A stretch of 64,000 nt of DNA from Microthyrium microscopicum (taxonomy: Eukaryota): NCBI GenBank assembly GCA_010405405.1, contig MU004231.1, positions 1,681,784-1,745,783 on the forward strand. The letters run 5' to 3'. The position numbers were made by a program, and so were the translations under genes. Positions 51,501 through 63,808 of the stretch are shown in pieces. The notes under the pieces are model-generated. The model saw only the letters and a list, made by a program, of their open reading frames with translations, did no database searches and was not told where the DNA came from. The first letter of the stretch is position 1, and each line of letters begins with the position of its first letter.

Positions 51501-51595
51501 TAGAGTTGATTCCTGACCCTGCTATATTAAGCTCCTACAGCAAACCAGAGCTGGTCTCGATGCCAGCCTGGAAGCTGCGACCTGGTAGTTACTGA
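48507..51595 (+). CDS. Secreted beta-galactosidase, glycoside hydrolase family 35 (LacA/BgaA-type); 2 exons
   Basis: Signal peptide; [77 protein letters not shown]. Intron from ~51331. Confidence 0.95.
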
Positions 51596-52238
51596 GCAAA
51601 ATCAACAAAATCATGTGTTTTCTCTGTTTAATGGGTCAGGCATAACATCTAATTTATATCAACTGACCAAGCTGTGGAACAACGCCGTCTTGTTCTAGAA
51701 GTCTAGTACTTGCGTTCTGCAAAGATCGTCGTTTCCATTGCCGTCCCTTCATACAATGTAAGACTAAATTCAGTGCCATCACATACAGACTGTAGGATAG
51801 CCTATGTGTTCCTTAGAAAGACGATAGCTTCAGCACCATGTACGAAAGTGCCGGGACTTCCCAAGCGACTTCTAACAATCAATTCGTTGCTGCGTAGTGT
51901 ACATTAATAGGCAAGAACGAAGATCCGGCGGCAATTGTACCTTTCTTTTGAGACGTTGCCAGCTAAGAGTCGACGCATAGGCGAATCATCAATCGATTAG
52001 CAATTGGCCAGACTCTTTGGACCTTATGTGTGGTACGAGGTTTCTAATTTTAGTCAGATTGTCACTTTCGATGCTGCCTTTGGCGGTCAGTCTCACCAGC
52101 CTTTTGGGCTTTTTGGTCACTGTATAATGTCGTCATCTTATTCATACTCAAATCATTATCTGCCGAAGAGGAGCATGATTATACGCTTGATACTTTCCAG
52201 GCCTCTGGAAAATAGCCTTTTTCAAAAACATTCGAACA

Positions 52239-53096
52239 ATGAAGCAGTCTATTGTTTTCGTTGTGGTACAGTTTCTTACCCTTGCGATGACCACGCAGTC
52301 GAAACAGAACTTGACAGATTATCTTGTCGAAAAGTACTCAAAGACATATCAGAGCACAATCAAGGATCCTGTCTTCTTTCACGAAGTTTTGAATGGGACT
52401 GTGGATGTTGAAAAAGTGGCCTACTTCTTCGAACAGGTAAAATTGACCTGTTGATTCATGGACGCCGCGATTAACTGTTCAAAAGGACACACAATATGGC
52501 CGTGGGTTTACGACACTTTGCGGCAACACTTTGAACCTACTGGCTGGAGATTTGATGAAACCTACATCAAATTTGACCCTTTCAGCTATAAACAATTTAG
52601 GCCAGACTGCATCAGGATTGGCTGACGAAGACGGTCGATTGACAACTTTACGAAATGAGCTTCTACCAGGCTCTAGTGCAAAGCCTCTCTCGCCTTCACC
52701 AGGCACGCTAAGCTACGTTAAATATATGAAGAATGTGTCTAGTGCCCCTCATGATCCGTTTGAGGCTTTAGTATGCTCGTGGACTATGGGAAAGGTTTGT
52801 GAATTATTTTCGCTCCGAGCCAAGCTTGGTGGCTAAAACGTATTCTTTAGGCTTTTGTGGATGTCTGGACTAACATCAAAAAGAATCAGGTCAACAAGCC
52901 AAATAAGATTCCCCAGCTTCAAACCATTATTGACTATTGGGCCGATCCCAGTTATGTTGCTGCTATCGATGCGACAGGTGCTCTCATCAACAATTGGTAC
53001 GACATGTCATGGCCAAAGAACACAGATAGCGTGTTCTTAGATACTCTGCAACATGAGATCAATTTCTGGGTCAGTGTTGACGAAATGGGCAAATGA
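52239..53096 (+). CDS. TenA/THI-4/PqqC (heme-oxygenase-like fold) protein with predicted signal peptide; 3 exons
   Basis: PVFFHEVLNGTV....AYFFEQ/DTQY, YVKYM, IIDYWADP.Y, HEINFW motifs; hydrophobic N-terminus MKQSIVFVVVQFLTLAMTTQS. Introns ~52437-52485 and ~52795-52850. Confidence 0.7.
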
Positions 53097-53857
53097 GAGT
53101 CCAGTGACTCAGAAAAGGAGGCAACCAAGTACAATTTTGGTAGATAATTTTCAAAGTCAAGATCACCTCCTTGCAGCAATGTGACTTAGGTTACAGGTCA
53201 TCTTATAGATAACAGACCGAAATGATTGTACTCCCAGAAGTATAACTATTTTATTTTAGTCTAGAACTTTCACAATGTCCAGAAGCTAGTTCAACTGAAT
53301 TACATATCTTGAAGTATGAAGGGTCTTGAAAGGAACCATCTTCACACTCAACGGATGTATTTCTTCAGCAATGATGTTACTTATTGCTACTATCGTGTTT
53401 ACCATACATTATGCTTTACTATTAACTAATGCGTACCTTAGTATCGTACCTGAAATTCTACAAATTAGGTAGGTACCAGGTAGGTATTCACGCTGCCAAC
53501 AAAATGATATATAGTATTTATGGAATGTGACAGTGACCATGTTAACTCTGAAATTCAAAGGTGTGCTGCATGATTATGCCGAATTAAACACTGCTCTCGA
53601 TGCTCATAGACTTTAAAGATGTTTGAGATAATTGGTAAGAGGCGAAGTTGAGACCCGAGCGATCCCCGAATGTTGTGGATTTGTCACAACTTTATGACGA
53701 ATTTACTTTACTTTCTGGACATATGCCGGCCAGGCTAAAGTCACAGCTCCTTATTCTATAACAAGTACAAAGCAGGTATCAATCCAATCACTATATAAGC
53801 TACTACAAAACCCGGCGCTCGTTCAGCTCCTCTGTTCGTATAGGTAGTCATCCAGCG

Positions 53858-55021
53858 ATGACGAAAACAAAACTCTTCATGTATGCCTCACCTTTCCTTC
53901 GATACACCTATCGAAAGTTAATACCCTCATAGAACGGGTGCCACCGGCTTCATCGGTGGAAGTGTTCTGAACAAGTTAGTTGTTACACATCCAGAGTTGC
54001 AAATCACTGCCCTCTTACGCTCTCCCTCGTCCGAATTTGCCGACAAGTATCCAGACGTCATAGTGATCAAAGGCACTTTTGATGACTCTGATACGATTGA
54101 ATCCGCAGCTCGCGAGTCAGACATTGTCCTACGTATGGTGAAATGTCTTTCAACTCTCCCACTATTACTGATTTGATATAGACTGCGGAGATACCGATCA
54201 TGTTACCTCTGTTGAAGCTATCTTGGCAGGGCTTCAATCCAGAAAAGAAAAGAGTTATTTGATCCACCTTACTGGGACTGGATGTATCTCGGACGTAGCA
54301 GAAGAGGAGTGGCTCGGCAAAACAAATCCGCATATCTGGAACGACGTTGATGGCATTGACGAAATCTATAACTTACCAGAGAAAGCTATGCACAGGACCG
54401 TGGACAAGTGGATTCAAGATGCTAGCAATGAAACTCTAAAGACCGTTTGTGTTTGTCCTCCTGACATATATGGGCAATCTAGGGGCATTGGCAACAGAGC
54501 GACTTTCATGGTTCCAAATTACGTTGAAGCACTATTTCAGTTCCAAGAAGCCTTCTATCTAGGAGAGGGACAGAATTATAGAGCTGTCACTCATATCAAC
54601 GATGTGGTAGATATCTTCATTCTTCTAATTGAACAAGCACTACAGGGAGGAGGAAATGCAAGCTGGGGCCGAGAAGTAAGTTGATCAGCCTTGACAGAGT
54701 TTACTCGCTCTAATATGTGTCGAGGGATTCTATTTTGCAGTTTCAGATGAAGTCAAATGGAAGGACGCAGCAGTGGCTATCAACAAGCTTGCCCAGGAGA
54801 ACGGCTGGTTGCCACGAGGCACAGAAACTGTTTCCTGGGATAAGAAGACGCTGTTGTCCAACTTCCCAGACGCACCTGAAAGAGCTCAATATATCTGGGG
54901 ATCAAACAGTCGAGCCAAATCTGCTAGAGCTGCTCAATTGGGCTGGACTCCTCGTGGACCTTCCTTCTGGGCAGCTTTGGCTGAAGATGTCAGTATTGCA
55001 GCTAAGAACCATGCCAAATAA
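53858..55021 (+). CDS. Atypical/extended SDR, NAD(P)-dependent epimerase/dehydratase-like; 4 exons
   Basis: KLFITGATGFIGGSVL, LIHLTGTG, CPPDIYG, HINDVV, WGSNSR....A..LGW.P. Confidence 0.88.
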
Positions 55022-57555
55022 ACCGTTTTGCTGTATTTCTGGAGCTCTTTGCATGCTATATCACCGCTTGCTTTTACGTATTCTACCATCAGATTCGCAC
55101 CCCAGCTAGACAACACCTTTTCAAGATTGCCGCGCGGGTGTTCTCATTTAGCTTTGAGCAATAGAGTTCTCCGTGATATGAAATTTTCAAAGCAGAATAG
55201 ACAAGTTCCAAGGTTTCATGCTTTTTGCAGGTGTTGTTTTCTCCGTGGATCTGTTGTGTGGAGTGGTGGAACTGGTTCAAAAACTTGGAGCAGCGAATCA
55301 CCATGCCAATGTACTTGAAAAGAAGCTTTGGCTCCTCTGAGATCAAACAAATGCGCATATCTTTGAGGATTTGAAGTGAAGTCAACAGTTTTGCGCTTGT
55401 GGGGTTGTCTTGCAACAGAATAGGACTCAATATCTCGGCAGTATCTCCTCCTATGGTGAGCTTTTGCTGCTGCTTGGGTTTGGCACTCGAGTAATGATTC
55501 AAAGCATCTACAGCAGCAGCATTGTATGGCATCTTAGCATCATTCACAATGTCCTCTTGGCAGGCCAAAGCAAATGGTGTTGTGGATTGTACCATACGTG
55601 TTCCACGTTTTGAACATCGAGAAATACCCTTTCGAGCGTTTTTTGCCGTGGTAGCCAAAGACATGCCATAGAACAATTGAAGCTTATGGATGCATTCTTT
55701 CAAGCCTTGGGGTCGGCCGTCCATGAATATGTTTTCCTCGTCATGCAGTTTCAAGAATTCTTCTAGGTCTGCCCAATCGACAAATGATGTCGCGGTAGTC
55801 GTCTTCATTATAGAATAGAGATAGAGGGTTGGAAACACGGTGGCCCACCAAGCGCACGAAGTCCATGATGCTGCAACATCTGTTGCATGCGGTACATGGT
55901 AAGGCCTGCAACAATTGGGTTCCCCTTGTACAGATAGAAGTTCTCGAGGCTAAGCCGCTCCATCATGTCGTCTTTGTCGTCAAGGATCGTCTCTAGTATG
56001 AACTTCCTAATCTTTGTAGAACCATTGTTCAAGTAGTCACGGGTGATTTTCGTGCAATAGACTTTGGGTCGCCTCTCGATCAAGATCTGTCCACACTGGA
56101 ACTGGAACTTCTATCTCAAACTTCGCGAGTGCAGTAAGCTCGTTTTTTGCCTTTTGGGCTGCTACTTGAAAATTCTCAAACGGGTTGTGCGGACTGCTGG
56201 CTAGGATGTCGCGAACATAAAATATGATCTGGGCGCAGAAGGCATGCCAGATGGTCACCTTTTTGGTTGTGTAAGCTTCGAAAATGCTCGCTTCGGCCTC
56301 GCTCATCACTATCGAATGAACTTCCGTCCTGAACCAAAGGGTAGCCTCGAACGAGTAGTCGTACAGAGCATTCTCTTTCTGTATCATCTGTGATTCCCAG
56401 GAAAGTGTCCTATGTGGTGCTTTTAGGTGTTTGTTGGTGTCTTCGCGCCAGTCAGCAAATAGAGGCAAATTATCGTTTGCCGTTAGCTCCTTTATAACAT
56501 TGCGGACACAAGCATTAGTGCGATACAACGGAATTTCTCGCGAGCATTCCTGTTCAAGACTGAAGACATCTTCAAGATGATGTTGTCGCCAAAAGTCGAT
56601 GCCTTTGGTAAAAAACGTGTCCGTAGACACCGAATTCGCCAGATGGTCCCAGTCCGCAAGCAAACGAACGTCTAGTGCGATGACCTCTTGAATCAGCTCC
56701 CGCGCTATAATCAAGGCCGAATTTGAAGTAACGCTTTCAGCCATAGCATCCAACTGACCAGCAGCATAGTCCTCCCAAGTACCCTTGATAAACTCCCGGA
56801 GGTTTCTCAAATCAACAAACAAGCAGTAAGCGATGAGATTCTCCTCTGCAAACTGTTGATCATGATCAATCTCAACCTGAAGATTCTTGCTCTGTTGCTG
56901 GAATTGTTTGCTCCCCAAGATAGGCCTTTTGTCAAAATCGGACCTTGTAATAGCCTCAGTATGTTCGCGTTCGTTATGGTTGATAGCAAGGGTTGCGAAA
57001 CGATTGGAGACCGGAAGCACAAGTTCCTCTTTTGTTTTTGGAGGTTCAGTTGTTGATATCTCATGACCATGCTGAGAGTATTCGTGGGCTTCGCGTGTAT
57101 CATTGGAGAACGAGAGGAGTTCGACAGTACTCTAAGACTTCTGTCAGCAGCTTGAAACCCTGTCATGGAAGGCATCGCGGAAGAAGCTCATGCGATAGGA
57201 CAGGGAGAGGATCAAGACAGTACCTACCTTCAGAACTGAGATGAAATGATCATGACCAGAATTCGATTTAGTATCATTGCTAGCTTTCTAAAAAAAACTT
57301 GGCACATTGGACTCGCAAAGCTATGGCATTAGCCACAGCTGTTTTGATTGACGATGGAAGGGGAATCCTCGCTCGAGCGATAGTCTGGGCTAGAACTTGG
57401 TAGTCGCGAGGGCGGATGTTGGTGGATTGGCCTGGCCGGTCTTTCACTTCGATGACCGTGCCACAAACCGCTGCCTTCGCTACTAACCAAGTGTTGAAAC
57501 GATTGGTATCTGCCTTGTGACGATCGTAACTGCCAGCGAGATTGTCCGGCAGCAT
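54934..57555 (-). pseudogene. DUF6604-like gene, copy A; at least 4 frameshifts
   Basis: N-terminal SYDRHKADTNRFNTWL..AIALR. Homology to copies B and C continues across frame breaks at ~57290 (A8 run), ~56050, ~55845 and ~55115. GDIACKEL lies in a separate frame. Confidence 0.85.
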
Positions 57556-57665
57556 TTTGCGTCGTAAAATCTGGTGGTCTACTTGGTGGAAATGGTGCTT
57601 AGTGCGGTATAGAGTGTGTCTACCTAGGTACCTAAGTTACACAGGCAAAGCAATTTCGGGCTAAC

Positions 57666-57706
57666 AAGGCTGAAGTATTGACCAATCAGCTGGGCAGCCT
57701 TATGGC
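57666..57706. promoter_or_regulatory. Upstream element shared by copies A and B (AAGGCTG..CCAAT..CAGCCTT)
   Basis: AAGGCTGAAGTATTGACCAATCAGCTGGGCAGCCTTATGGC, 111 bp upstream of the copy A ATG. Confidence 0.6.
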
Positions 57707-58230
57707 GAGCATCGTGGTAGAATGTGGGGGTACCTCGCGCCAAGATAGGCGCGATCGTGATTCGTGTAAAGTTACCCTCGTGTCATACCTGTGTGCTGTA
57801 TGTACCAGAGGCCTGAGAATAATCCAATGGGCAGCTCACTGGAGTCCCTTTCATGGACAAAATTGCCGGCGCGCTCTCATCAAGTTAGATCCATGTCATC
57901 GCCCTGTATGGCGAAAAGATGCTTCGAATTTCAGCGGGTTGGAGGCGGAGTGAAGGGTCCTGCGCATTCAATGTTGAAGTTTATCAGATTGTTGACATCG
58001 TCTTTGTAGGCAGAATGGGCCGAATCATTAACCTCGCACTCGATTGATCCTGCCGTGGACTTTGTCGACCAGAAGTAACTCAGTGAGCTGTACCAGTTTG
58101 CCAAACTTTGAATGATCTCCATCAAGTACAACCATTATGAAGGAAGCAGCTTCAGTCCATGAGAATCTGTTGCAAGATGATAAGCTTTCTTTAATGTACA
58201 ATGATTTTGGTCTCCTGATACACATGGAGT

Positions 58231-60726
58231 CTAAGAGCTATTCGATCTTCCCTTTTTGCCAAAAGCACGGAGTTCCTTACACGCAATGTCCCCTTTTGAT
58301 TCAATGTAGCTGTTCATGGTCTCCGTCGCTGTCCTCAGCAGATGTTGCTCTGTACCCATCATGGCCAGGGTTCCGACAAGACCTCGCGGCTGCTTTTGAC
58401 AAGCGGATATGGCTCTCAAGGCCCGGAACGCGTCTAACGGGTGTTCATATTCAGTCATTGCAAGACTCAGTCCGAATTGCTCTATAAAAACCTCGCTTAG
58501 ACCATCATGGATTTGACGCAGGAACGTGAAGCAGCGGATTGTCAATCCGAAGTAGTTGAAAAGCAATTTGGGCTCTTCACAAGCTAAGCGTTCTCGCATT
58601 TCCGTCAAAATTTGTATTGGCTGGCGATAAGTGTCGTGTCTAGTGTATAGCTTCGCCACACTGCCCTGACGGTGAGGCACTGTCTCGACTTTGCTGAACG
58701 TAACATTTGTCAAGAAAGGACTACTCGGAGACTGAGAGAACTCTTTGATAGTGGCAGCCAAAAGAGAGTTGGGAAGATCGTCGAACAGAGCTTCCAGTGA
58801 AGCAACAGCCAATGGCGTCAGGCTTTTCACTCTATGCGGCTCTTCAGGTAGATTCGAGCTGACCGTCGGCGCAGTGCTATCGTTCCGGCGATAGAACTGG
58901 TCCAGCTTATCCACACATTCTTCTAGATTTTGAGGGCTTTTGCCCATGAAAAGGTTATCCCTGTCGTGATGTTTCATGAACTCCTCGAGATCTGGCCAGC
59001 TAATGTTCGCTCTCCGGGTATCAACTTTGAGCAAAAAGTAGAGATACATGGTTGGAACAACAGCAGACCATCTGTCCAACGCTATCAGCCCAAATTTTTG
59101 TGCTCGAAGATTCATGGAGTACAGTATAAGACCTGCATCAATGGGATTGGTTTCGAACTTGTGAAAGTGCTTGTAAGCGTTTGGTCTCTTGGTGTCCATG
59201 ATAGTGTAATGTTCCATGTCGTTGAGAAGGCCTTGAATAACCTCATCGGCTTCTTTTGGCCAGGAAAGACTGCAAGTTTTCGAGGTGAAGTCAAGAAAAG
59301 TGGCATAATTCTTTTTTGTTCTGAAAGCCGTCATTTTGAGGTCGATGAAAGGGCTTTTCTGAGTGCCTGATAACGTGCTGTGGATATCAATTAAGATTTG
59401 GACACTAAACACGTGCTTCAGTTTGAACTCTTTTGTTTCCATCACTTCTAAAAGGCTGGCCTCAAGCTCATTTCTTACGGACGATGGGACGCGCAGAACA
59501 TGTCGAAGCCGGATTTCATCAAGAGCATCCCATAAGACACGCTGCTGATAGGCATACTGCTCGTCGGGGTTTCGCTTTGTGTCTGCGACCTTTGAGAGAG
59601 CAAGAACAATCTCACGCAGCTCATGATTCGGGAAGACGTCGGGATTAGCCGTCACTGCACGCACATATCCTCCAAGATGTAGACGCGCAGTCATCAACGT
59701 GCGGTCTGCAATATCGCGGACTTGACTAGCAAATGGGTGCTGAGAAAATTTTGGCTTTTTCTCCCAGGCATTATGGCCACCCTGGGCACATAGCATACAA
59801 TAGAGAGCTCTTGGTAGATCCGCACAATCTGAGAATGACTTGTGCTTTTCTCCCAAAAACGCTTCTATGCGCTGCTGGCCTAGAGTTAAGGACGAGTTTG
59901 AGATGAGGCTTGCGGATGCAGCATCGATCTTGTCGTCAATATATTCTTTCCAAGTCTCTTTCACAAATTGGCGTAGTTTGTTCAGATCGATCATAAGACA
60001 GTAGAGGGCCATGGCCCCGTCCAGATATTTCTCATCAGAATCCTCCTCAATCTCAAAGGGCAAGGTTGTTTGCGGTTCAACTTTGGCGGTCTCATGATCT
60101 GACTTGATCATCTGGGCGGTGGTGTCAGGATCAAAACTCTCGACGTTGGTATCATCAATGGCCAGCCGTTCAAAATAACTAGGCTCAGGAACCGAAGAAT
60201 CGTTCTTTGTAGGCGAAAGTGGTGCGACTGGCTGGCCAACTTGGGGATCCGTCTCAGCATTGTTGGGGGCCTTGTTAGAGCTCAAGTCTCTGAGAGCGTC
60301 CTATAAGGATATTAGTCAAACTTTTCGCAGATGCCAATTGACACCATCTCTTCATTCAGCCATTATTCGGAAGAAGTGAGTACGACTTACTTCTAGAACA
60401 GTGATGAAGTGAGCATGATTAGAATTTGATGACTTGTCCTGTGATGTAAATCGGAAAGCCTTCGCACAGCGTGCCCGCAACTTTATTGCTCGTTCCAAGA
60501 CAGCTTGGATAGAAGAGGGGAATGGAACACCAGCATCGACAACCGCTCTGACTAGAAGTGGATAGTCACGAAGCAGGATTGTTTGCCGCTTGCCGGAGTG
60601 TTTTTTGGAGGATTTCTTGTTCAGGGTAGTGCCGCAGCTGGCTGCCGTGTCAATTAACCAGCGGGTGAAAGCAGCAGTGTCTGCCTTGTACTGGTTATAA
60701 GAGCCGATGAGCGATATTGGAGGCAT
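58231..60726 (-). CDS. DUF6604-like protein, copy B (~800 aa, intact); 2 exons
   Basis: GSYNQYKADTAAFTRWL..RAIKLR..N..HAHFITVLE. Intron 60301-60390 (GTAAGT..TAG) joins in frame to the 684-aa ORF. Confidence 0.88.
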
Positions 60727-60820
60727 CTTGACGCTCCAAAATTGGTAATTTTCATGGGTGAGGGTGTGAAAGTGCGACAAAACTAAACTTTGTAGGCAGT
60801 GACGAACAAGTCGAAATTGT

Positions 60821-60860
60821 AAGGCTGAAAATTTACCAATCAGCTATGCAGCCTTATGGC
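60821..60860. promoter_or_regulatory. Upstream element shared by copies A and B
   Basis: AAGGCTGAAAATTTACCAATCAGCTATGCAGCCTTATGGC, 95 bp upstream of the copy B ATG. Confidence 0.6.
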
Positions 60861-61083
60861 CACAGGTAGGCAACACCCCGCTCACACGCACGCGCTGCAT
60901 CTGATGTGAATCGAATGTGCATGTAGGGCATGTCCCACTAATATCAAAATTACTCGTGGTCATGGTTCTGTTTATCATTTACCGGTCTTGTTGCTACAGA
61001 AGGCTCAAAGTAGCACCAGTTGCGATGCGATTAGAACGAGAGGGGTAGTTTTCTTTCGAAAACTTCTTGATTTCTACCTGATT

Positions 61084-63808
61084 CTATTCCTTGGAACTTT
61101 CGACACCACCCAACTTCGCTTTTCTGCTAAAAGCTCGTAATTCTTTACAGGCCTTATTCCCGTTATCCTTCGCATGTTTTGCCATGATCTTGGCGGCTCG
61201 CCGTAGATACTCCGTGTCCGTCAAGCTACCGCGCATACGCAGGGACTGGGATAACGTTTCGGACTCTACAACTGCAGCCAAGGCGTAGATGAGAACCACC
61301 AATGGTCTATACCCACTGCTTGGAATAGACACATGTGGCGTGTACTGCTCAACCACGCGACACCCGGGTTCAATGAGTTCTTCCAAGAAAGCAGCGCAAT
61401 GAAGACTCAATCCGTAGTAGTTGAAAATGAGGTCCGGCTCCTCTGTCATCATTTGATTACGCATTTTGGTGAGAAGCTCCATCGCCGTGATGTATTTGTC
61501 GCTGTTCTCCGAGCTACTCTGTTTTCTATTTCTTAACGGTTTAGACGGAGCTTCTTCTGCTTGATCATCTTGGCTGGTGTTTGGAATAGAGCGCAGGCAA
61601 TGGAAAACCTTCTCAATCATGTCCACTGAGTAATCCACTGCCAGACCACTTGTTCCCATTGCTTTTAGGAATGTTAAGGCCATATGAGCTGATGATTTAA
61701 CCATCATACAGCGTTGCTTGAGTGATCGTTTGACTACACCCGGTCGAGCGTCCTTTGCCCATGAGCTAGCTTTGGCTCCATGAAATATCTGAAGCTTCTT
61801 GAAGCATTCTTGGAGGTTAGCTGGCTGGCCGCCAATGAAGATGAAGTCCTCGTTATGTAATCTTAGGAATTCTTCAAGATCTGGCCAATGCACCTGAGCC
61901 GTGTTGGGAGTAATCTGGAGAAGACGATAGACATAAAGGGCAGGAACAACCGCCCCTAGCCCTGCGAGGTAGGCCATGCCATCCCTATGAACACTTAGGC
62001 TAATGTCGTACATGGTGAGGCATGCATCAATTGGATTGGCTTTGAAATGATAGAAGTCTTCGTGAGGGCCGACTTTATCGCAGTGCCGCCATTGAGCAGC
62101 AATTGGATCGTTGATGTAGAGGTTCAAACTGTTGAGAAAAGCTCGACAATGATCTTCGTGGCCTTTTGACCAACTCGGATTGGAACGAACTGAGGAGAAC
62201 TTGAAATAAGCACCGATATTTTTTTTCGCTCTCAAGACGGTCATTCGTAGATCGTTGTAGGGACTGTGTGGGCATCCTGCGATAGTGCTGCGTATGTCTA
62301 GAAAAACCTGGGCGTTGAAGGCATGCCATATTGAGACTTTTTGTGTTCTCAGCATGTCACGCATACTGAGTTCAATTTCACTCTTGTTCTGTATCCCAGA
62401 AGAGTAATCGCAAAACATCCCGAATTTCGATTCCTGAAGTACGTCGAAAAGCACCATCCAAGAAAACTCCCACTTGTCTCTTGCAGATCGGGCCTGGTAT
62501 TCGATGCTTGAGGTTGCAACTGTTGCTTTACGTGCCTCATCGAAGTCATATAGTATTGCATCTTGACGATTGTCGAGCTCAAGTAGACACCTATTGAGAA
62601 GCATGGTGGTATGCCTAAACGTCCTCTCGGCTATACTGAGAACTTGGTAGTTAAACCAGTCTCCGGCTTGCTCTGGTTTGTAAGCGTCGTATCCATCATA
62701 CAAAGAGATCGCTGTAAAGAGGATATGCGAAAGGTTATCCCAGCTTCTAAAGCAACGATAGTTGGCTGCGATCAATTCTCGCATAAAAGTTCGTCCTAGT
62801 ACCTGAGTTTAGTTAGTAAGAAATCTCCAAAACACAATACGATTATTGTCAAGGTCAGTTGGAATACAACTCAACCAATTTGGCAAAGACTCCAACGTTG
62901 ATTGGAGAATGATCCGAGACAAAGAGAACTTACCAATGCTGCATTTGTAGTGACGCCTGCAGTGATGGCATCAATACTACCATCGACATATCCTAGCCAG
63001 GTTTCTTTCACAAATCCTCGGAGATTGTTCAAGTCGTATAACAGACACCAAACCTGGAGGAGGTCTTCAGTAGCTTCGTCCTCACCGAGACTTGCGCTGA
63101 ACTCTGGAGGATTCTTCCCGGTACTAGTGTTATGAGATTTCTTCTGGCTGACTGGGATGCTTGCATGGACGTTTTCGCGCTGATCCTGTTCATTGTGATC
63201 TCCGTGCTCAACCGACAGGGCTTCAAAACGGTTGACCATTGAAGGCACTTTGTGATTCTTGACGGAGAGGTCGGGCTTGCCCTGATATATCTGATTCCTG
63301 AAGGAATCTTGGAGCATGCTCGTGTTTATACTGGAAGGCTTGAGATGCTCGAGTGTGTTCTATAAAGTTCATCAGTCAATGAAAAGTGTGCGATATATAG
63401 GACTTAAAGAAGCGGGATACGATAACAAAAATAAATTAATGGCATAGGGAAGACAGATTCAGAAGGGATATTTACCTTTAGAACAATTATAAAGTGATCA
63501 TGCCCGTTGTTTGATGTTATGTCGTCAGAATGGGCTCGAAAAGCATTTGCGCATTGCTCTCGAAGGGATATAGCTCGTTTTACGGCAGCCTCGATTGATG
63601 TTGGGAGCGGGATATTTGCCTTAGCAATTGCTTGCGCAAGAATGGGATACTGGCTAATTGGAAGGATGTGAGGTGGAGTTAATTGGTTTCCAACCGGAAT
63701 GCTGAGAGTTGTGCCGCAACTCGCGGCGGTTTCAACTAACCAGGTAGTAAAATGGTTGGTATCAGCCTTGTAACGACAGTAGCTCCCAGTAAGATCTTCT
63801 GGAAGCAT
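61084..63808 (-). CDS. DUF6604-like protein, copy C (intact); 3 exons
   Basis: GSYCRYKADTNHFTTWL..RAISLR..NNGHDHFIIVLK. Introns 63360-63475 and 62803-62933 join in frame. Shares NRFE.L, DL..LR.FVK.TW..Y, NPIDA, WPDLEEF, EEP.L.FNY.GL and ACKELRAF with its paralogs. Confidence 0.88.
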
